Shown one piece after another: positions 28,383 through 39,206 of a DNA stretch of 64,000 nucleotides; the stretch's first letter is position 1, and every line of letters begins with the position of its first letter. Where the stretch lies: positions 62,001 through 126,000 of IMG/VR virus record IMGVR_UViG_3300027985_000918. One strand, 5' to 3'. The notes beneath the pieces are model-generated. The model searched no databases and was not told where the DNA came from. It saw nothing but the letters and a program-made list of their open reading frames with translations. The translations under genes and the position numbers were made by a program.

Positions 28383-29020
28383 TCACGATCGAGATGCTAG
28401 AGAACCTGGGGGCTTGCCAGGACCAGGTGGACCTTTTCCAAGAGTTCCTTGGTGTCCGAGATGGAATCGAGCCTACGCCCGAGGTGGTTCGGGAGGCAGC
28501 CCTGTATGGGTTGGATGTCGAGTGGATCCAGTCTCTGGGTTTGCTGCAGATCCCCGACGGGATGCTCCTCTACAAGGACGGCTCTAAGGAGTGGTATCTC
28601 GATGGAAAGCTCCACCGAGAGGGCGGGCCTGCGATCGAGTGGCCCGATGGCACTCTTGAGTGGTGGGTCCACGGGGTGAACCACCGTGTGGAAGGGCCTG
28701 CGGTCGAGAGGGCCAACGGAACCCTGGAGTGGTGGCTCAATGGTCTCAGGCACCGTGAAGGGGGCCCTGCGATTGAGTATTCCCACGGCACCAGGGAATG
28801 GTGGTTTAACGGCCAGCTCCATCGGGAGGATGGGCCTGCGATTGAGAGGGCCTCCGGCACCAGAGTTTGGTACCTCGACGGGTTGCGGCACCGAGGGGAT
28901 GGGCCGGCTTACGAGTGGCCCGACGGCACCAGGGAGTGGTGGACCCACGGGCAGTACATCCGAACTGAGGGGGACTCCCCAGTCCTCAGTCTGCTGCAGA
29001 TCCTGTACGGGGGGAGTTAA
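28379..29020 (+). CDS. HREDGPA-repeat protein 6 (5 repeats)
   Basis: N-domain + repeats; tail DSPVLSLLQILYGGS. Confidence 0.9.
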   Translation: MITIEMLENLGACQDQVDLFQEFLGVRDGIEPTPEVVREAALYGLDVEWIQSLGLLQIPDGMLLYKDGSKEWYLDGKLHREGGPAIEWPDGTLEWWVHGVNHRVEGPAVERANGTLEWWLNGLRHREGGPAIEYSHGTREWWFNGQLHREDGPAIERASGTRVWYLDGLRHRGDGPAYEWPDGTREWWTHGQYIRTEGDSPVLSLLQILYGGS

Positions 29021-29118
29021 TGGTAATGCTAATCGCAACAGCCTTCCTCACTGAAGGGGGGGAGGAGCCCCCCCTATCATCTGACTTATCAGTTTCTCCC
29101 CCCAGATGAAGAATTCCG

Positions 29119-29144
29119 GGTAACCCTAACCCCCTGCTGAGTAG
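29119..29144 (+). promoter_or_regulatory. internal phage promoter-like motif (duplicate at 39306-39331)
   Basis: GGTAACCCTAACCCCCTGCTGAGTAG, identical at both sites. Confidence 0.75.
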
Positions 29145-29209
29145 GCGTCTCAGAACGATGGCTCAGAGGAGCCAATAGGAAACGTCACTGAGCAAAAGGG
29201 GAATGTCAG

Positions 29210-29746
29210 ATGATCACCCGTAAAACGTTGGAAGGCCTGTGGGTTCACTCCGTACAGTGGGATCTCTTCGAGCAGTTCCTGGGTGATCGAGAAGGGGTCG
29301 AACCTACTCCGGATGTGATCCGGGAAGCCGCACTGTTCGGACTGGATGTTCAAGGGGGCCGGGATGCCGGCCTGTTCCAACTCCCCGATGGGCCGATCGT
29401 GTTCAAGGACGGTCACCGGGTGAACTACCTCAACGGTCAGATCCACTGCGAGGATGGCCCGGCCATCGTGTGGCCCGATGGCCACCAAGAGTGGTGGGTT
29501 CACGATGAACGTCATTGTGAGGATGGGCCGGCTATCCTGCGGCCTAACGGCGACCGGGAGTGGTGGGTCAACGGGCAGAAGGACCGAGCGGATGGTCCGG
29601 CCATCGAGCGTGCCAATGGCCGCAAGGAGTGGTGGGTCAACGGGGAGCGCATCAAGATCGAAGGGGCCGACTACAGCAAGGAATGGTGGTTTCACGGGAA
29701 GCCCCACCGTGAAAACCCCCCGGCCGTTATGATGGAAGAACAGTAG
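29210..29746 (+). CDS. HREDGPA-repeat protein 7 (divergent, HCEDG type)
   Basis: MITRKTLEGLWVHS N-domain, about 4 repeats. Confidence 0.9.
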   Translation: MITRKTLEGLWVHSVQWDLFEQFLGDREGVEPTPDVIREAALFGLDVQGGRDAGLFQLPDGPIVFKDGHRVNYLNGQIHCEDGPAIVWPDGHQEWWVHDERHCEDGPAILRPNGDREWWVNGQKDRADGPAIERANGRKEWWVNGERIKIEGADYSKEWWFHGKPHRENPPAVMMEEQ

Positions 29747-29749
29747 TTC

Positions 29750-29808
29750 AACAGAAAACTCCCCCTCGGACTCTCGACAGCGGGTAGGCCGAGGGGGAGT
29801 TTTCTGTT
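29750..29808 (+). terminator. hairpin terminator within array
   Basis: AACAGAAAACTCCCCCTCGG-loop-CCGAGGGGGAGTTTTCTGTT. Confidence 0.75.
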
Positions 29809-29871
29809 GTCTAGGCTCGAAGGCAGCAAAGAACGGTGTCTTCCTGAACAGCAAGGGGGAGGATTCAAGAG

Positions 29872-30333
29872 ATGATCACTATCCAGACCCTACGGGAGCT
29901 GGGAGCTTGCTCTAATCAGGTGGAGTTGTTCCGGGAGTTCCTCGGGGACCGAGAGGGGGTCGAGCCCACTCCCGAGATGATCCGAGAGGCCGCTTTGTAC
30001 GGGCTGAATATCCTGTGGGCCCAAGGCAAGGGTCTTTTGGATTTCCCCGATGGTCTATTGGTCTACAAAGACGGTTGGAGAGTGTGGCACCTCAACGGGA
30101 AGCTCCACCGTGAGGATGGGCCTACCATCGAGTGGCCGGACGGGACTCGGGAGTGGTATGCCTATGGCCAACTCCATCGGAAGGATGGGCCGGCAGTCGA
30201 ATGGGCCAACGGCCGTAAGGAGTGGTTCTTCCACGGTTATAGGCACCGAGAGGATGGACCGGCTTTCGAGGGACTCTGCGGTATCAAAGCGTGGTATATC
30301 AACGGTCAACACATTAAGGGATCCCTCTCATGA
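29872..30333 (+). CDS. HREDGPA-repeat protein 8 (3 repeats)
   Basis: N-domain + repeats. Confidence 0.9.
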   Translation: MITIQTLRELGACSNQVELFREFLGDREGVEPTPEMIREAALYGLNILWAQGKGLLDFPDGLLVYKDGWRVWHLNGKLHREDGPTIEWPDGTREWYAYGQLHRKDGPAVEWANGRKEWFFHGYRHREDGPAFEGLCGIKAWYINGQHIKGSLS

Positions 30334-30959
30334 TCACTATCCAGACCCTGCTGGAACTGGGGGCTTGCCCCAATCAGGTGACCCTCTTCGAGGATTTCCT
30401 TGGTGTCCGAGAGGGAGTTGAACCCACTCCCGATGTGATCCGGCTGGCCGCTCTGTATGGTTTGGCTATCGAGTGGGCCCAGTCACACGGTTTGCTCACC
30501 ATCCCCGATGGGATAATCCTCTACAAGAACGGCCACAAATCGTGGTATACCCACGGCCAACTCCACCGTGAGGACGGGCCGGCAATTGAGTGGCCCGACG
30601 GCACTCGGGAGTGGTGGATCCACGGCCGGAGACACCGAGAGGAGGGGCCTGCCATTGATGGGGTCAAAGGCCACCAAGAATGGTGGTGCAATGGCCAACT
30701 TCACCGAGAAGCTGGACCGGCTATCAAATTGGGCCGAGGCCATCAAGAGTGGTTTTTCCAAGGCCGGCCCCATCGTGAGGACGGGCCAGCTATCGAGAGG
30801 CCCAATGGCTTCCGGGCATGGTACTTCAACGGGGTGAGGCATCGAGAGGGAGGGCCTGCGATCGAGTGGGCCGATGGTACCAAGGAGTGGTGGGTCAACG
30901 GGATCCGGCAGTGCTGTGGGGAAAGCCTAATAGTGGCAAAGAAAGCAGCAACATCCTAG
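30330..30959 (+). CDS. HREDGPA-repeat protein 9 (5 repeats)
   Basis: N-domain + repeats. Confidence 0.9.
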   Translation: MITIQTLLELGACPNQVTLFEDFLGVREGVEPTPDVIRLAALYGLAIEWAQSHGLLTIPDGIILYKNGHKSWYTHGQLHREDGPAIEWPDGTREWWIHGRRHREEGPAIDGVKGHQEWWCNGQLHREAGPAIKLGRGHQEWFFQGRPHREDGPAIERPNGFRAWYFNGVRHREGGPAIEWADGTKEWWVNGIRQCCGESLIVAKKAATS

Positions 30960-31104
30960 CCAATTTCCCTACAGGGGTAACCATCTCGGATTGTTCGGTA
31001 ACCCCCATTGGGTAACCCTTCGGAGTGTTCCTCCCCTCAGAAGAAGGGGATACTGTCGGCTTTGTCTAACAGTAGCATTTCCGAACTGAGGAGAAGGCAA
31101 TCCA

Positions 31105-32124
31105 ATGATCTCGATCGAAACTCTTAAGAACCTGAAGGCTTGCTCGAATCAGGTGGCCCTTTTTGAGTCTTTTCTTGAGGGCCGGGGAGAGATCGAACCC
31201 ACACATGAGGTGATCCGGAAGGCAGCCTTGTACGGGTTGGACGTCCGGTGGGCCAAAGAGCGGGGTCTGATCAAATTCCCCGATGGGCAGATCGAATTCA
31301 AACACGGCACCCGGGAGTGGTGGCTCAACGGGAAGCGGCACCGTGAGGACGGGCCTGCGATCGAGGGGGCCGACGGCAGCCGGGAGTGGTTCCTCCACGG
31401 GAAGCGGCACCGAGTTGATGGGCCTGCAGTCAAGTATTCTGACGGAAGCCAGTCGTGGTGTCTCGAAGGGAAGCTCCACAGAGAGGATGGGCCGGCTTTC
31501 GAGGGGGCCAACGGCCGCAAAGAGTGGTTCCTCCACGGGAAGCTCCACAGAGAGGATGGGCCTGCGATCGAGGGGGCCAACGGTACCAAAGCGTGGTGGA
31601 TCCACGGGAAGCAGCACCGAGAGGATGGTCCTGCGATCGAGCGGGCCGACGGCCGCAAAGAGTGGTGGCTCCACGGTCGGAGGCACCGTGAGGATGGACC
31701 TGCTGTCGAGTGGGTCAACGGCCACAAAGAGTGGTTTCTCCACGGCCAGCGTCACCGAGAGGATGGGCCGGCGATCGAGGGGGCCCACGACCACCGGGAG
31801 TGGTACCTCAGCGGGAACCTCCACCGGGAGGATGGGCCGGCTGTCGAGGAGGTCAACGGCCACAAAGAGTGGTTTCTCCACGGCCAGCGACACAGGGAGG
31901 ACGGGCCTGCTGTCGAGGGGGCCTACGGCTCCCGAGAGTGGTTTCTCAACGACCGACGGCACCGAGAGGATGGACCTGCTGTCGAGTGGGCCGACGGCTG
32001 GAAGGAGTGGTGGATCCACGGGAAGCTCCACAGGGAGGATGGTCCGGCGGTCGAGAGGTCCGGCGGCTCCCGGGAGTGGTGGATCGAAGGACAGTACATC
32101 CGAACTGAGGAGGGATCCAAGTGA
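31105..32124 (+). CDS. HREDGPA-repeat protein 10 (11 repeats)
   Basis: N-domain + repeats. Confidence 0.9.
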   Translation: MISIETLKNLKACSNQVALFESFLEGRGEIEPTHEVIRKAALYGLDVRWAKERGLIKFPDGQIEFKHGTREWWLNGKRHREDGPAIEGADGSREWFLHGKRHRVDGPAVKYSDGSQSWCLEGKLHREDGPAFEGANGRKEWFLHGKLHREDGPAIEGANGTKAWWIHGKQHREDGPAIERADGRKEWWLHGRRHREDGPAVEWVNGHKEWFLHGQRHREDGPAIEGAHDHREWYLSGNLHREDGPAVEEVNGHKEWFLHGQRHREDGPAVEGAYGSREWFLNDRRHREDGPAVEWADGWKEWWIHGKLHREDGPAVERSGGSREWWIEGQYIRTEEGSK

Positions 32125-33422
32125 TTACTGTACAGACCTTGAGGGATCTCGACGCATGCTCCAATCAGGTCATCCTCTTTCAGGAGTTCCTCGGAGATCG
32201 AGAGGGTGTTGAGCCCACGGCTGAGGTAGTTCGAGAGGCAGCCTTGTACGGGCTGAATGTCAAGTGGGCTCAAGCCCAAGGGTTGTTGCAGATCCCCGAT
32301 GGGCTGTTGGTCTACAAGAACGGCATTCGGGAGTGGTGCCTCAACGGAGAGCTCCACCGAGAGGATGGGCCTGCTTTCGAGTGGTCCGACGATATCAAGG
32401 AGTGGTGGTTCCACGGCCAGCTCCACCGTGAGGATGGCCCGGCCGTCGAGCAAGATGATGGGGGCAAGGAATGGTACATCCACGGGGTGCGGCACCGTGT
32501 GGGTGGTCCGGCGGTTGAGACGGCCTCTGGGCGTAAGGAGTGGCGAATCCACGGCCAGCTCCATCGAGAGGATGGGCCCGCTTACGAGTCTCTCCGACCA
32601 GGGCTTAAGATGTGGTACTCCCACGACATTCTCCACCGAGAAGATGGCCCGGCAGTTGAGCTGGCTAGCGGTTCCAAGGAGTGGTACCTCAACGGGAAGC
32701 TCCACCGAGAGGATGGGCCAGCGATCGAGCGGGCCAACGGTCGTCGAGAATGGTGGCTCCACGGCCTGAGGCACCGAAAGGATGGTCCTGCTTTCGAGGG
32801 GGCCGACGGAACCCGGGAGTGGCGGATCAATGGGAAGGCCCATCGGGAGGATGGTCCTGCGATCGAGGGGGACGACGGCATCCGGTCTTGGTGGGTCCAC
32901 GGACAGCGACACAGGGAGGACGGGCCTGCTGTCGAGAGGCCCGACGGCTGGAAGGAGTGGTGGATCCACGGGAAGCTCCACAGGGAGGATGGTCCAGCGG
33001 TCGAGAGGTCCGGCGGCTGGAAGGAGTGGTTCCTCAACGGGAAACGGCACAGGGAGGATGGTCCGGCTGTCGAGAGGTCCGACGGCTCCCGGGAGTGGTA
33101 CCTCAACGGTCAGCTCCACAGGGAGGATGGCCCCGCTGTCGAGTACGCCGAAGGTTCCCGAATTTGGTGTCTTAACGGGCAGCTCCACCGGGAGGATGGT
33201 CCCGCTGTCGAGTGGGCCTGCGGCCGCAAGGCGTGGTGGATCAACGGTCAGCGGCACCGAAAGGATGGGCCTGCTGTCGAGTGGGCCAACGGCTCCAAGG
33301 CGTGGTGGCTCAACGGTCAGCGGCACCGAAAGGATGGGCCTGCTGTTGAGCGGGCCGACGGCCGCAAAGAGTGGTGGACCCACGGCCAGTACCTCCGAAC
33401 TGAGGAAGGGAATCTTCAATGA
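32121..33422 (+). CDS. HREDGPA-repeat protein 11 (15 repeats)
   Basis: Longest member, GTG start. Confidence 0.9.
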   Translation: MITVQTLRDLDACSNQVILFQEFLGDREGVEPTAEVVREAALYGLNVKWAQAQGLLQIPDGLLVYKNGIREWCLNGELHREDGPAFEWSDDIKEWWFHGQLHREDGPAVEQDDGGKEWYIHGVRHRVGGPAVETASGRKEWRIHGQLHREDGPAYESLRPGLKMWYSHDILHREDGPAVELASGSKEWYLNGKLHREDGPAIERANGRREWWLHGLRHRKDGPAFEGADGTREWRINGKAHREDGPAIEGDDGIRSWWVHGQRHREDGPAVERPDGWKEWWIHGKLHREDGPAVERSGGWKEWFLNGKRHREDGPAVERSDGSREWYLNGQLHREDGPAVEYAEGSRIWCLNGQLHREDGPAVEWACGRKAWWINGQRHRKDGPAVEWANGSKAWWLNGQRHRKDGPAVERADGRKEWWTHGQYLRTEEGNLQ

Positions 33423-34441
33423 TCACTCTAGATACTCTAGAGAATCTGAGGGCTTGCTTGAACCAGGTCACCCTTTTCCGAAAGTTCCTGGGAGATCGAG
33501 AGGGTGTTGAGCCCACGCTGGAGGTGATCCGGGAAGCAGCCCTGTACGGGTTGGATGTTGAGTGGGCCAAAAGCAAGGGGTTGCTCACGATCCCGGACGG
33601 GATGGTCTTCTACAGGGGCGGCACAAAGAGGTGGTACCTCAACGGCCTGAGGCACCGGGAGGATGGTCCGGCTGTCGAGGGGGCCAACGGCTCCAAGGAA
33701 TGGTGGGTCAACGGCCAGCGGCACAGGGAGGACGGGCCGGCTTTCGAGGGGGCTGACGGTTCCCGGGAATGGTGGGTCCACGACCTCAGGCACAGGGAAG
33801 GGGGGCCTGCGATCGAGTGGGCTGACGGGTCCAAAGAGTGGTACCTCAACGGCCAGCTCCACCGAGAGGATGGGCCTGCTTTCGAGTGGGCCGACGGCTG
33901 GAGGGAGTGGTGGGTCCACGGCCAGCGACACAGGGAGGATGGGCCTGCTTATGAGTGGCCCAACGGCTCCAAGGAATGGTGGCTCCACGGTCTGAGGCAC
34001 CGTGAGGATGGATCTGCTTTCGAGGGGGCCGACGGTGCCAAGGAGTGGTACCGCCACGGTCTGTGCCACCGAGAGGATGGTCCTGCTATTGAGCGGGCCA
34101 ACGGCTCTCGGGAGTGGAACATCCACGGCCTGAGACACCGAGAGGATGGGCCCGCTGTCGAGGGGGCCGATGGCACCCGGTCTTGGTGGGTCAACGGAAA
34201 GCTCCACAGGGAGGATGGGCCGGCGATCGAGAGGGCCGACGGTACTCGGTCGTGGTGGGTCCACGGCCTGAGGCACCGAGAGGATGGGCCTGCTGTCGAG
34301 GGGGCCAACGGCTGGAAGGAGTGGTACATCCACGGCCAGCGGCACCGAAAGGATGGCCCGGCGATCGAGTACGCTGGGGGCACTCGGGAATGGTGGGTCA
34401 ACGGTCAGTACATCCGAACTGAGGAGGGGACCGGCCGATGA
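33419..34441 (+). CDS. HREDGPA-repeat protein 12 (11 repeats)
   Basis: N-domain + repeats. Confidence 0.9.
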   Translation: MITLDTLENLRACLNQVTLFRKFLGDREGVEPTLEVIREAALYGLDVEWAKSKGLLTIPDGMVFYRGGTKRWYLNGLRHREDGPAVEGANGSKEWWVNGQRHREDGPAFEGADGSREWWVHDLRHREGGPAIEWADGSKEWYLNGQLHREDGPAFEWADGWREWWVHGQRHREDGPAYEWPNGSKEWWLHGLRHREDGSAFEGADGAKEWYRHGLCHREDGPAIERANGSREWNIHGLRHREDGPAVEGADGTRSWWVNGKLHREDGPAIERADGTRSWWVHGLRHREDGPAVEGANGWKEWYIHGQRHRKDGPAIEYAGGTREWWVNGQYIRTEEGTGR

Positions 34442-35250
34442 TTACTGTGGATACCCTTCGGCACATGAAGGCTTGTTCGGACCAGATTACCCTTTTCGAG
34501 GAGTTCCCCGGAGGTCGAGAGGGTGTCGAGCCCACGGCTGAGGTAGTTCGAGAGGCAGCCTTGTACGGGCTGGATGTGAGGTGGGCCCAGTATCAGGGTC
34601 TGATCACGATCCCGGACGGGATGATTATCTTCAAGGACGGTTCCAAGGAGTGGTACCTCAACGGTCTGAGACACCGAGAGGATGGGCCGGCTGTCGAGGG
34701 GGTCAACGGCCACAAAGAGTGGTTTCTCCACGGCCAGCGACACAGGGAGGACGGGCCTGCTTTCGAGGGGACTGACGGCAGTTCGGAGTGGTACTTCCAT
34801 GGCCTTCTCCACCGAGAGGACGGGCCCGCTATCGAGATGGCTGGCGGTACTTTGGAGTGGTACATCCACGGTCTGAGGCATCGAGAGGATGGACCTGCTA
34901 TCGAGCGGGATTCGGGATCCAAAGAGTGGTGGTTCAAAGGCTTTCGCCACCGAGACGGGGCCCCTGCTGTCGAAAATGTCGACGGAACCAAAGCGTGGTA
35001 CCTCAACGGCCAGCTCCACCACGTTGACGGCCCGGCTCTCTCGATCGCCGGCGGCCGCAAGGAGTGGTACATCCACGGCCTACCTCATCGAAAGGATGGG
35101 CCCGCAATTGAATGGCCCGATGGAACTCGGGAGTGGCGGATCCGAGGCCTTCTTCACCGAGATGATGGACCTGCGGTCGAGTACACCGACGGCACCAAAG
35201 AGTGGTGGGACCACGGGCAGCGCACCCGAATCGAGAGGAAACCCCAATGA
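34438..35250 (+). CDS. HREDGPA-repeat protein 13 (8 repeats)
   Basis: N-domain + repeats. Confidence 0.9.
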   Translation: MITVDTLRHMKACSDQITLFEEFPGGREGVEPTAEVVREAALYGLDVRWAQYQGLITIPDGMIIFKDGSKEWYLNGLRHREDGPAVEGVNGHKEWFLHGQRHREDGPAFEGTDGSSEWYFHGLLHREDGPAIEMAGGTLEWYIHGLRHREDGPAIERDSGSKEWWFKGFRHRDGAPAVENVDGTKAWYLNGQLHHVDGPALSIAGGRKEWYIHGLPHRKDGPAIEWPDGTREWRIRGLLHRDDGPAVEYTDGTKEWWDHGQRTRIERKPQ

Positions 35251-35927
35251 TCACAGTAAACACCCTTAAGGACCTGAGGGCTTGCTCGGACCAGGTGGAA
35301 CTCTTCGAGTCTTTCCTCGGGGAGAGGGAAGAAGTCGAACCCACGCCCGACGTGGTGAGGGCAGCAGCCCTGTACGGGTTGGACATTTGGTGGGCCCAAT
35401 ACCAGGGTTTGCTTAAGATCCCCGACGGGGTGATCGTCTACAAGGACGTCTTCAAGAAGTGGTGGTACCTCAACGGGAAGCGGCACCGTGAGGATGGGCC
35501 GGCGGGCGAGTGGGCCGACGGCCGCAAAGAGTGGTGGATCCACGGGAAGCTCCACCGTGAGGGTGGGCCTGCTATCGAGGGGGCAGGCGGCCACAAGGAG
35601 TGGTGGATCAACGGGAAGTGTCATCGGGAGGATGGCCCCGCAGTCGAGTGGGCCAACGGTACCAAAGCGTGGTGGATCCATGACCAGCTCCATCGGGAGG
35701 ATGGGCCTGCGATCGAGGGGGGCGGCGGCTGGAGGGAGTGGTGGATCCACGGCCTGAGGCACCGAGAGGATGGGCCTGCTTTCGAGGGGTCCGACGGCCA
35801 CAAGGAGTGGTGGCTCAGGGGGAAACGCCACCGAGAGGATGGCCCCGCAGTCAAGTACGCTGGGGGCACTCGGGAATGGTGGGTCAACGGTCAGTACATC
35901 CGAACTGAGGAGGGGAACCCTCGATGA
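35247..35927 (+). CDS. HREDGPA-repeat protein 14 (6 repeats)
   Basis: ATG 35247. Confidence 0.9.
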   Translation: MITVNTLKDLRACSDQVELFESFLGEREEVEPTPDVVRAAALYGLDIWWAQYQGLLKIPDGVIVYKDVFKKWWYLNGKRHREDGPAGEWADGRKEWWIHGKLHREGGPAIEGAGGHKEWWINGKCHREDGPAVEWANGTKAWWIHDQLHREDGPAIEGGGGWREWWIHGLRHREDGPAFEGSDGHKEWWLRGKRHREDGPAVKYAGGTREWWVNGQYIRTEEGNPR

Positions 35928-36532
35928 TCACTGTACAGACCTTGATGAACCTCGATGCCTGCCCGGATCAGGTAGCTCTTTTCCAGGAGTTTTTGGGGGA
36001 TCGAGAGGGTGTCGAGCCCACGGATGAGGTGATTCGGGAGGCAGCCTTGTACGGGCTGGCTGTGGTGTGGGCCCAGTCCCACGGCCTGCTGCGGATTCCA
36101 GACGGCATCCTCGTGTACAGGAACGGCCAAAAGGAGTGGTGGATCAACGGAAAGCTCCACCGAGAGGATGGCCCCGCAATCGAATGGGCCAGCGGTGTAC
36201 TAGAGTGGTGGATCCAGGGTCAGCGACACCGTGAGGATAGGCCTGCGATCGAGTGGCCTGACGGCTCCAAGGAGTGGTGGACCAACGATCAGGTTCACCG
36301 TGAGGATGGCCCCGCTGTCGAGTGGGCCTGCGGCCGCAAGGAGTGGTGGATCAACGGAAAGCCCCACCGAGAGGATGGCCCGGCGATCGAGAGGACCAAC
36401 GGCTCCCGAGAGTGGTGGCTCCACGGCCAACGGCACCGAGAGGATGGGCCGGCGGTTGAGCGGGCCAACGGCCGCAAAGAGTGGTGGATCCACGGGGTTT
36501 GTACCCGAATCGAGGAAGGGACAGTCCAATGA
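35924..36532 (+). CDS. HREDGPA-repeat protein 15 (5 repeats)
   Basis: N-domain + repeats. Confidence 0.9.
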   Translation: MITVQTLMNLDACPDQVALFQEFLGDREGVEPTDEVIREAALYGLAVVWAQSHGLLRIPDGILVYRNGQKEWWINGKLHREDGPAIEWASGVLEWWIQGQRHREDRPAIEWPDGSKEWWTNDQVHREDGPAVEWACGRKEWWINGKPHREDGPAIERTNGSREWWLHGQRHREDGPAVERANGRKEWWIHGVCTRIEEGTVQ

Positions 36533-37341
36533 TCACCGTACAGACCTTGAAAACCCTCAATGCCTGCCCATGTCAGGTAACCCTTTTCGAGTCTTTTCTT
36601 GGTGACCGAGAAGGGATCGAGCCCACGGCTGAGGTGATTCGGGAAGCAGCCCTGTCCGGCCTAGATGTGAGGTGGGCCCAGTATCAGGGTCTGATCACGA
36701 TCCCGGACGGGATGATTATCTTCAAGGACGGCTCCCGAGAGTGGTGGCTCAACGGGAAGTTCCATCGGAAGGATGGCCCCGCTGTTGAGAGGTTCAACGG
36801 CTCCCGAGAGTGGTGGATCCAGGGGAAGCGGCACCGAGAGGATGGTCCTGCTTTTGAGGGGGCCGACGGCACCCGAGAGTGGTGGCTCAACGGTCAGAGA
36901 CACCGAAAAGAGGGGCCGGCTGTTGAAGGAACCGACGGCCACAAGGAATGGTGGACTCACGGCCATCTTCACCGTGAGGATGGGCCTGCTGTCGAGTGGG
37001 CCGACGGCCGTCGGGAATGGTGGATCCACGGGAAGTTCCATCGGGAGGATGGCCCCGCTCTTGAGAGGGCCGACGGTACCAAAGCGTGGTTCCTCCACGG
37101 AAAGCGTCACCGAGAGGATGGGCCTGCTGTCGAGGGGGCCAATGGCTGGAAGGAGTGGTACTTCCATGGACAGCGGCACCGTGGAGATGGTCCGGCGATC
37201 GAGTACGCTGGGGGCACTCGGGAGTGGTACCTCAACGGAAAGCTCCACAGAGAGGACGGGCCGGCGATCGAGCGGGCCAACGGCACCAAGGAATGGTGGA
37301 TCCACGGACAGTTCATACGATCTGAGGAGGAATCCAAGTGA
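36529..37341 (+). CDS. HREDGPA-repeat protein 16 (8 repeats)
   Basis: ATG 36529. Confidence 0.9.
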   Translation: MITVQTLKTLNACPCQVTLFESFLGDREGIEPTAEVIREAALSGLDVRWAQYQGLITIPDGMIIFKDGSREWWLNGKFHRKDGPAVERFNGSREWWIQGKRHREDGPAFEGADGTREWWLNGQRHRKEGPAVEGTDGHKEWWTHGHLHREDGPAVEWADGRREWWIHGKFHREDGPALERADGTKAWFLHGKRHREDGPAVEGANGWKEWYFHGQRHRGDGPAIEYAGGTREWYLNGKLHREDGPAIERANGTKEWWIHGQFIRSEEESK

Positions 37342-38429
37342 TCACTGTCAACACCCTTCGGAACCTGAAAGCATGTCGGAACCAGGTAGTTCTTTTCCAG
37401 GAGTTTTTGGGGAATCGAGAGGGTGTCGAGCCCACGGCTGAGGTAGTTCGAGAGGCAGCCTTGTACGGGTTGGACGTGAGGTGGGCCCAATACAGGGGTC
37501 TGCTCACGATCCCCGACGGGCTGCTCACATACAAAAACGGATCCAAGGAGTGGCGGCTCAACGGGCAGCTCCACCGAGAGGATGGGCCTGCGATCGAGTG
37601 GGCCGACGGCCGCAAGGAGTGGTACAGCAACGGGAAGCTCCACAGAGTTGATGGGCCTGCTGTCGAGGGGTCCAACGGCCCCACGGAGTGGTGGGTCCAC
37701 GGCCGGAGGCACCGAGAGGATGGGCCTGCTGTCGAGTACGCCGACGGCTCCACGGAGTGGTACTTCCAAGGACAGAGGCACCGTGAATGTGGGCCTGCTG
37801 TCGAGGGGTCCAACGGCCACAAGGAGTGGTGGATCAACGGGCAGAGGCACCGAGAGGATGGGCCGGCTATCGAGTGGACCGATGGATCCCGGGAGTGGTA
37901 CCTCAACGGGCAGAGGCATAGGGAGGAGGGGCCCGCTGTCGAAAGGGCCGACGGCTCCCGGGAATGGTGGGTTCACTACCAGCTTCATCGAGAAGCTGGG
38001 CCGGCTGTCGAACGGGACAACGGCCACAAGGAGTGGTGGCTCTACGGGCAGCTCCATCGGGAGGATGGGCCTGCTGTCGAGTGGGCCGACGGCTCCCGAG
38101 AGTGGTACCTCAATGGCCAGCTCCACCGGGACGATGGGCCCGCAGTTACGAAGCCCAATGGCACCAAGGAATGGTACCTCGATGGTCGTAGGCACCGAGA
38201 TGATGGCCCGGCGATCGAGTGGAGCACTGGCCGCCAATGGTGGTGGGTCAACGGGAAGCGGCACCGAGTGGATGGACCTGCGATCGAGTACGCTGGGGGC
38301 ACTCGGGAGTGGTACCTCCACGGTCAGCGGCACCGAAAGGATGGCCCCGCTGTTGAAGGGGCCGACGGCCGCAAAGAGTGGTGGACCCAGGGTCAGTACA
38401 TCCGAACTGAGGAGGGGACAGTCCAATGA
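37338..38429 (+). CDS. HREDGPA-repeat protein 17 (12 repeats)
   Basis: GTG start. Confidence 0.9.
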   Translation: MITVNTLRNLKACRNQVVLFQEFLGNREGVEPTAEVVREAALYGLDVRWAQYRGLLTIPDGLLTYKNGSKEWRLNGQLHREDGPAIEWADGRKEWYSNGKLHRVDGPAVEGSNGPTEWWVHGRRHREDGPAVEYADGSTEWYFQGQRHRECGPAVEGSNGHKEWWINGQRHREDGPAIEWTDGSREWYLNGQRHREEGPAVERADGSREWWVHYQLHREAGPAVERDNGHKEWWLYGQLHREDGPAVEWADGSREWYLNGQLHRDDGPAVTKPNGTKEWYLDGRRHRDDGPAIEWSTGRQWWWVNGKRHRVDGPAIEYAGGTREWYLHGQRHRKDGPAVEGADGRKEWWTQGQYIRTEEGTVQ

Positions 38430-39206
38430 TCACTATCGAAAAGCTGGAGAAGTTGGCGGGTTGCCGGGACCAGGTGGACCTTTTCCGGAAGTTCTTGGGT
38501 GACCGAGAGGGGGTCGAACCCACACCTGAGGTGATCCGTGAGGCAGCCCTGTTTGGGCTGGATGTTGTTTGGGCTCAATATCAGGGCCTTTTTACGATCC
38601 CCGACGGGATGCTCATCTACGAGGACGGCGGGCGGGAGTGGTACCTCGACGGCCGACTCCATCGGGAGGATGAGCCGGCGATCGAGTGGCCCGACGGCTC
38701 CAAGGGGTGGTGGGTCAACGGGGAACGCCACCGAGAAGATGGGCCTGCTTACGAGGGAGCCGACGGCCGGCGGGAGTGGTGGGTCAACGGGGAACGCCAC
38801 CGTGAAGACGGGCCTGCGGTCGAGGGGGCCAATGGAACCCGGGCGTGGTTCTTCCACGGGAAATCCCACCGTGAAGGGGGGCCTGCGGTCGAGTATGCCG
38901 ACGGCCACAAGGAGTGGTGGGTCCACGGTCAACGCCACCGTGAGGCTGGGCCTGCGATCGAGAGGGCCGACGGCACCAAGGCGTGGTTCTTCCACGGGAA
39001 AGCCCACCGTGAAGGGGGCTCCTTCTGTTGAGTGGCCCGATGGCACCAAGGAGTGGTGGGTCGACGGGCTGCGGCACCATGAAGATGGTCCGGCGATCGA
39101 GCGACCCGATGGCACCAAGGAGTGGTGGACCCACGGGCAGTACATCCGAACTGAGGGGGACTCCCCAGTCCTCAGTCTGCTGCAGATCTTGGACGGGGGG
39201 AGTTAA
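38426..39206 (+). pseudogene. HREDGPA-repeat protein 18 (7 repeats), +1 frameshift near 39020
   Basis: Stops at 39031; consensus repeat and DSPVLSLLQILDGGS tail continue in another frame. Confidence 0.8.
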
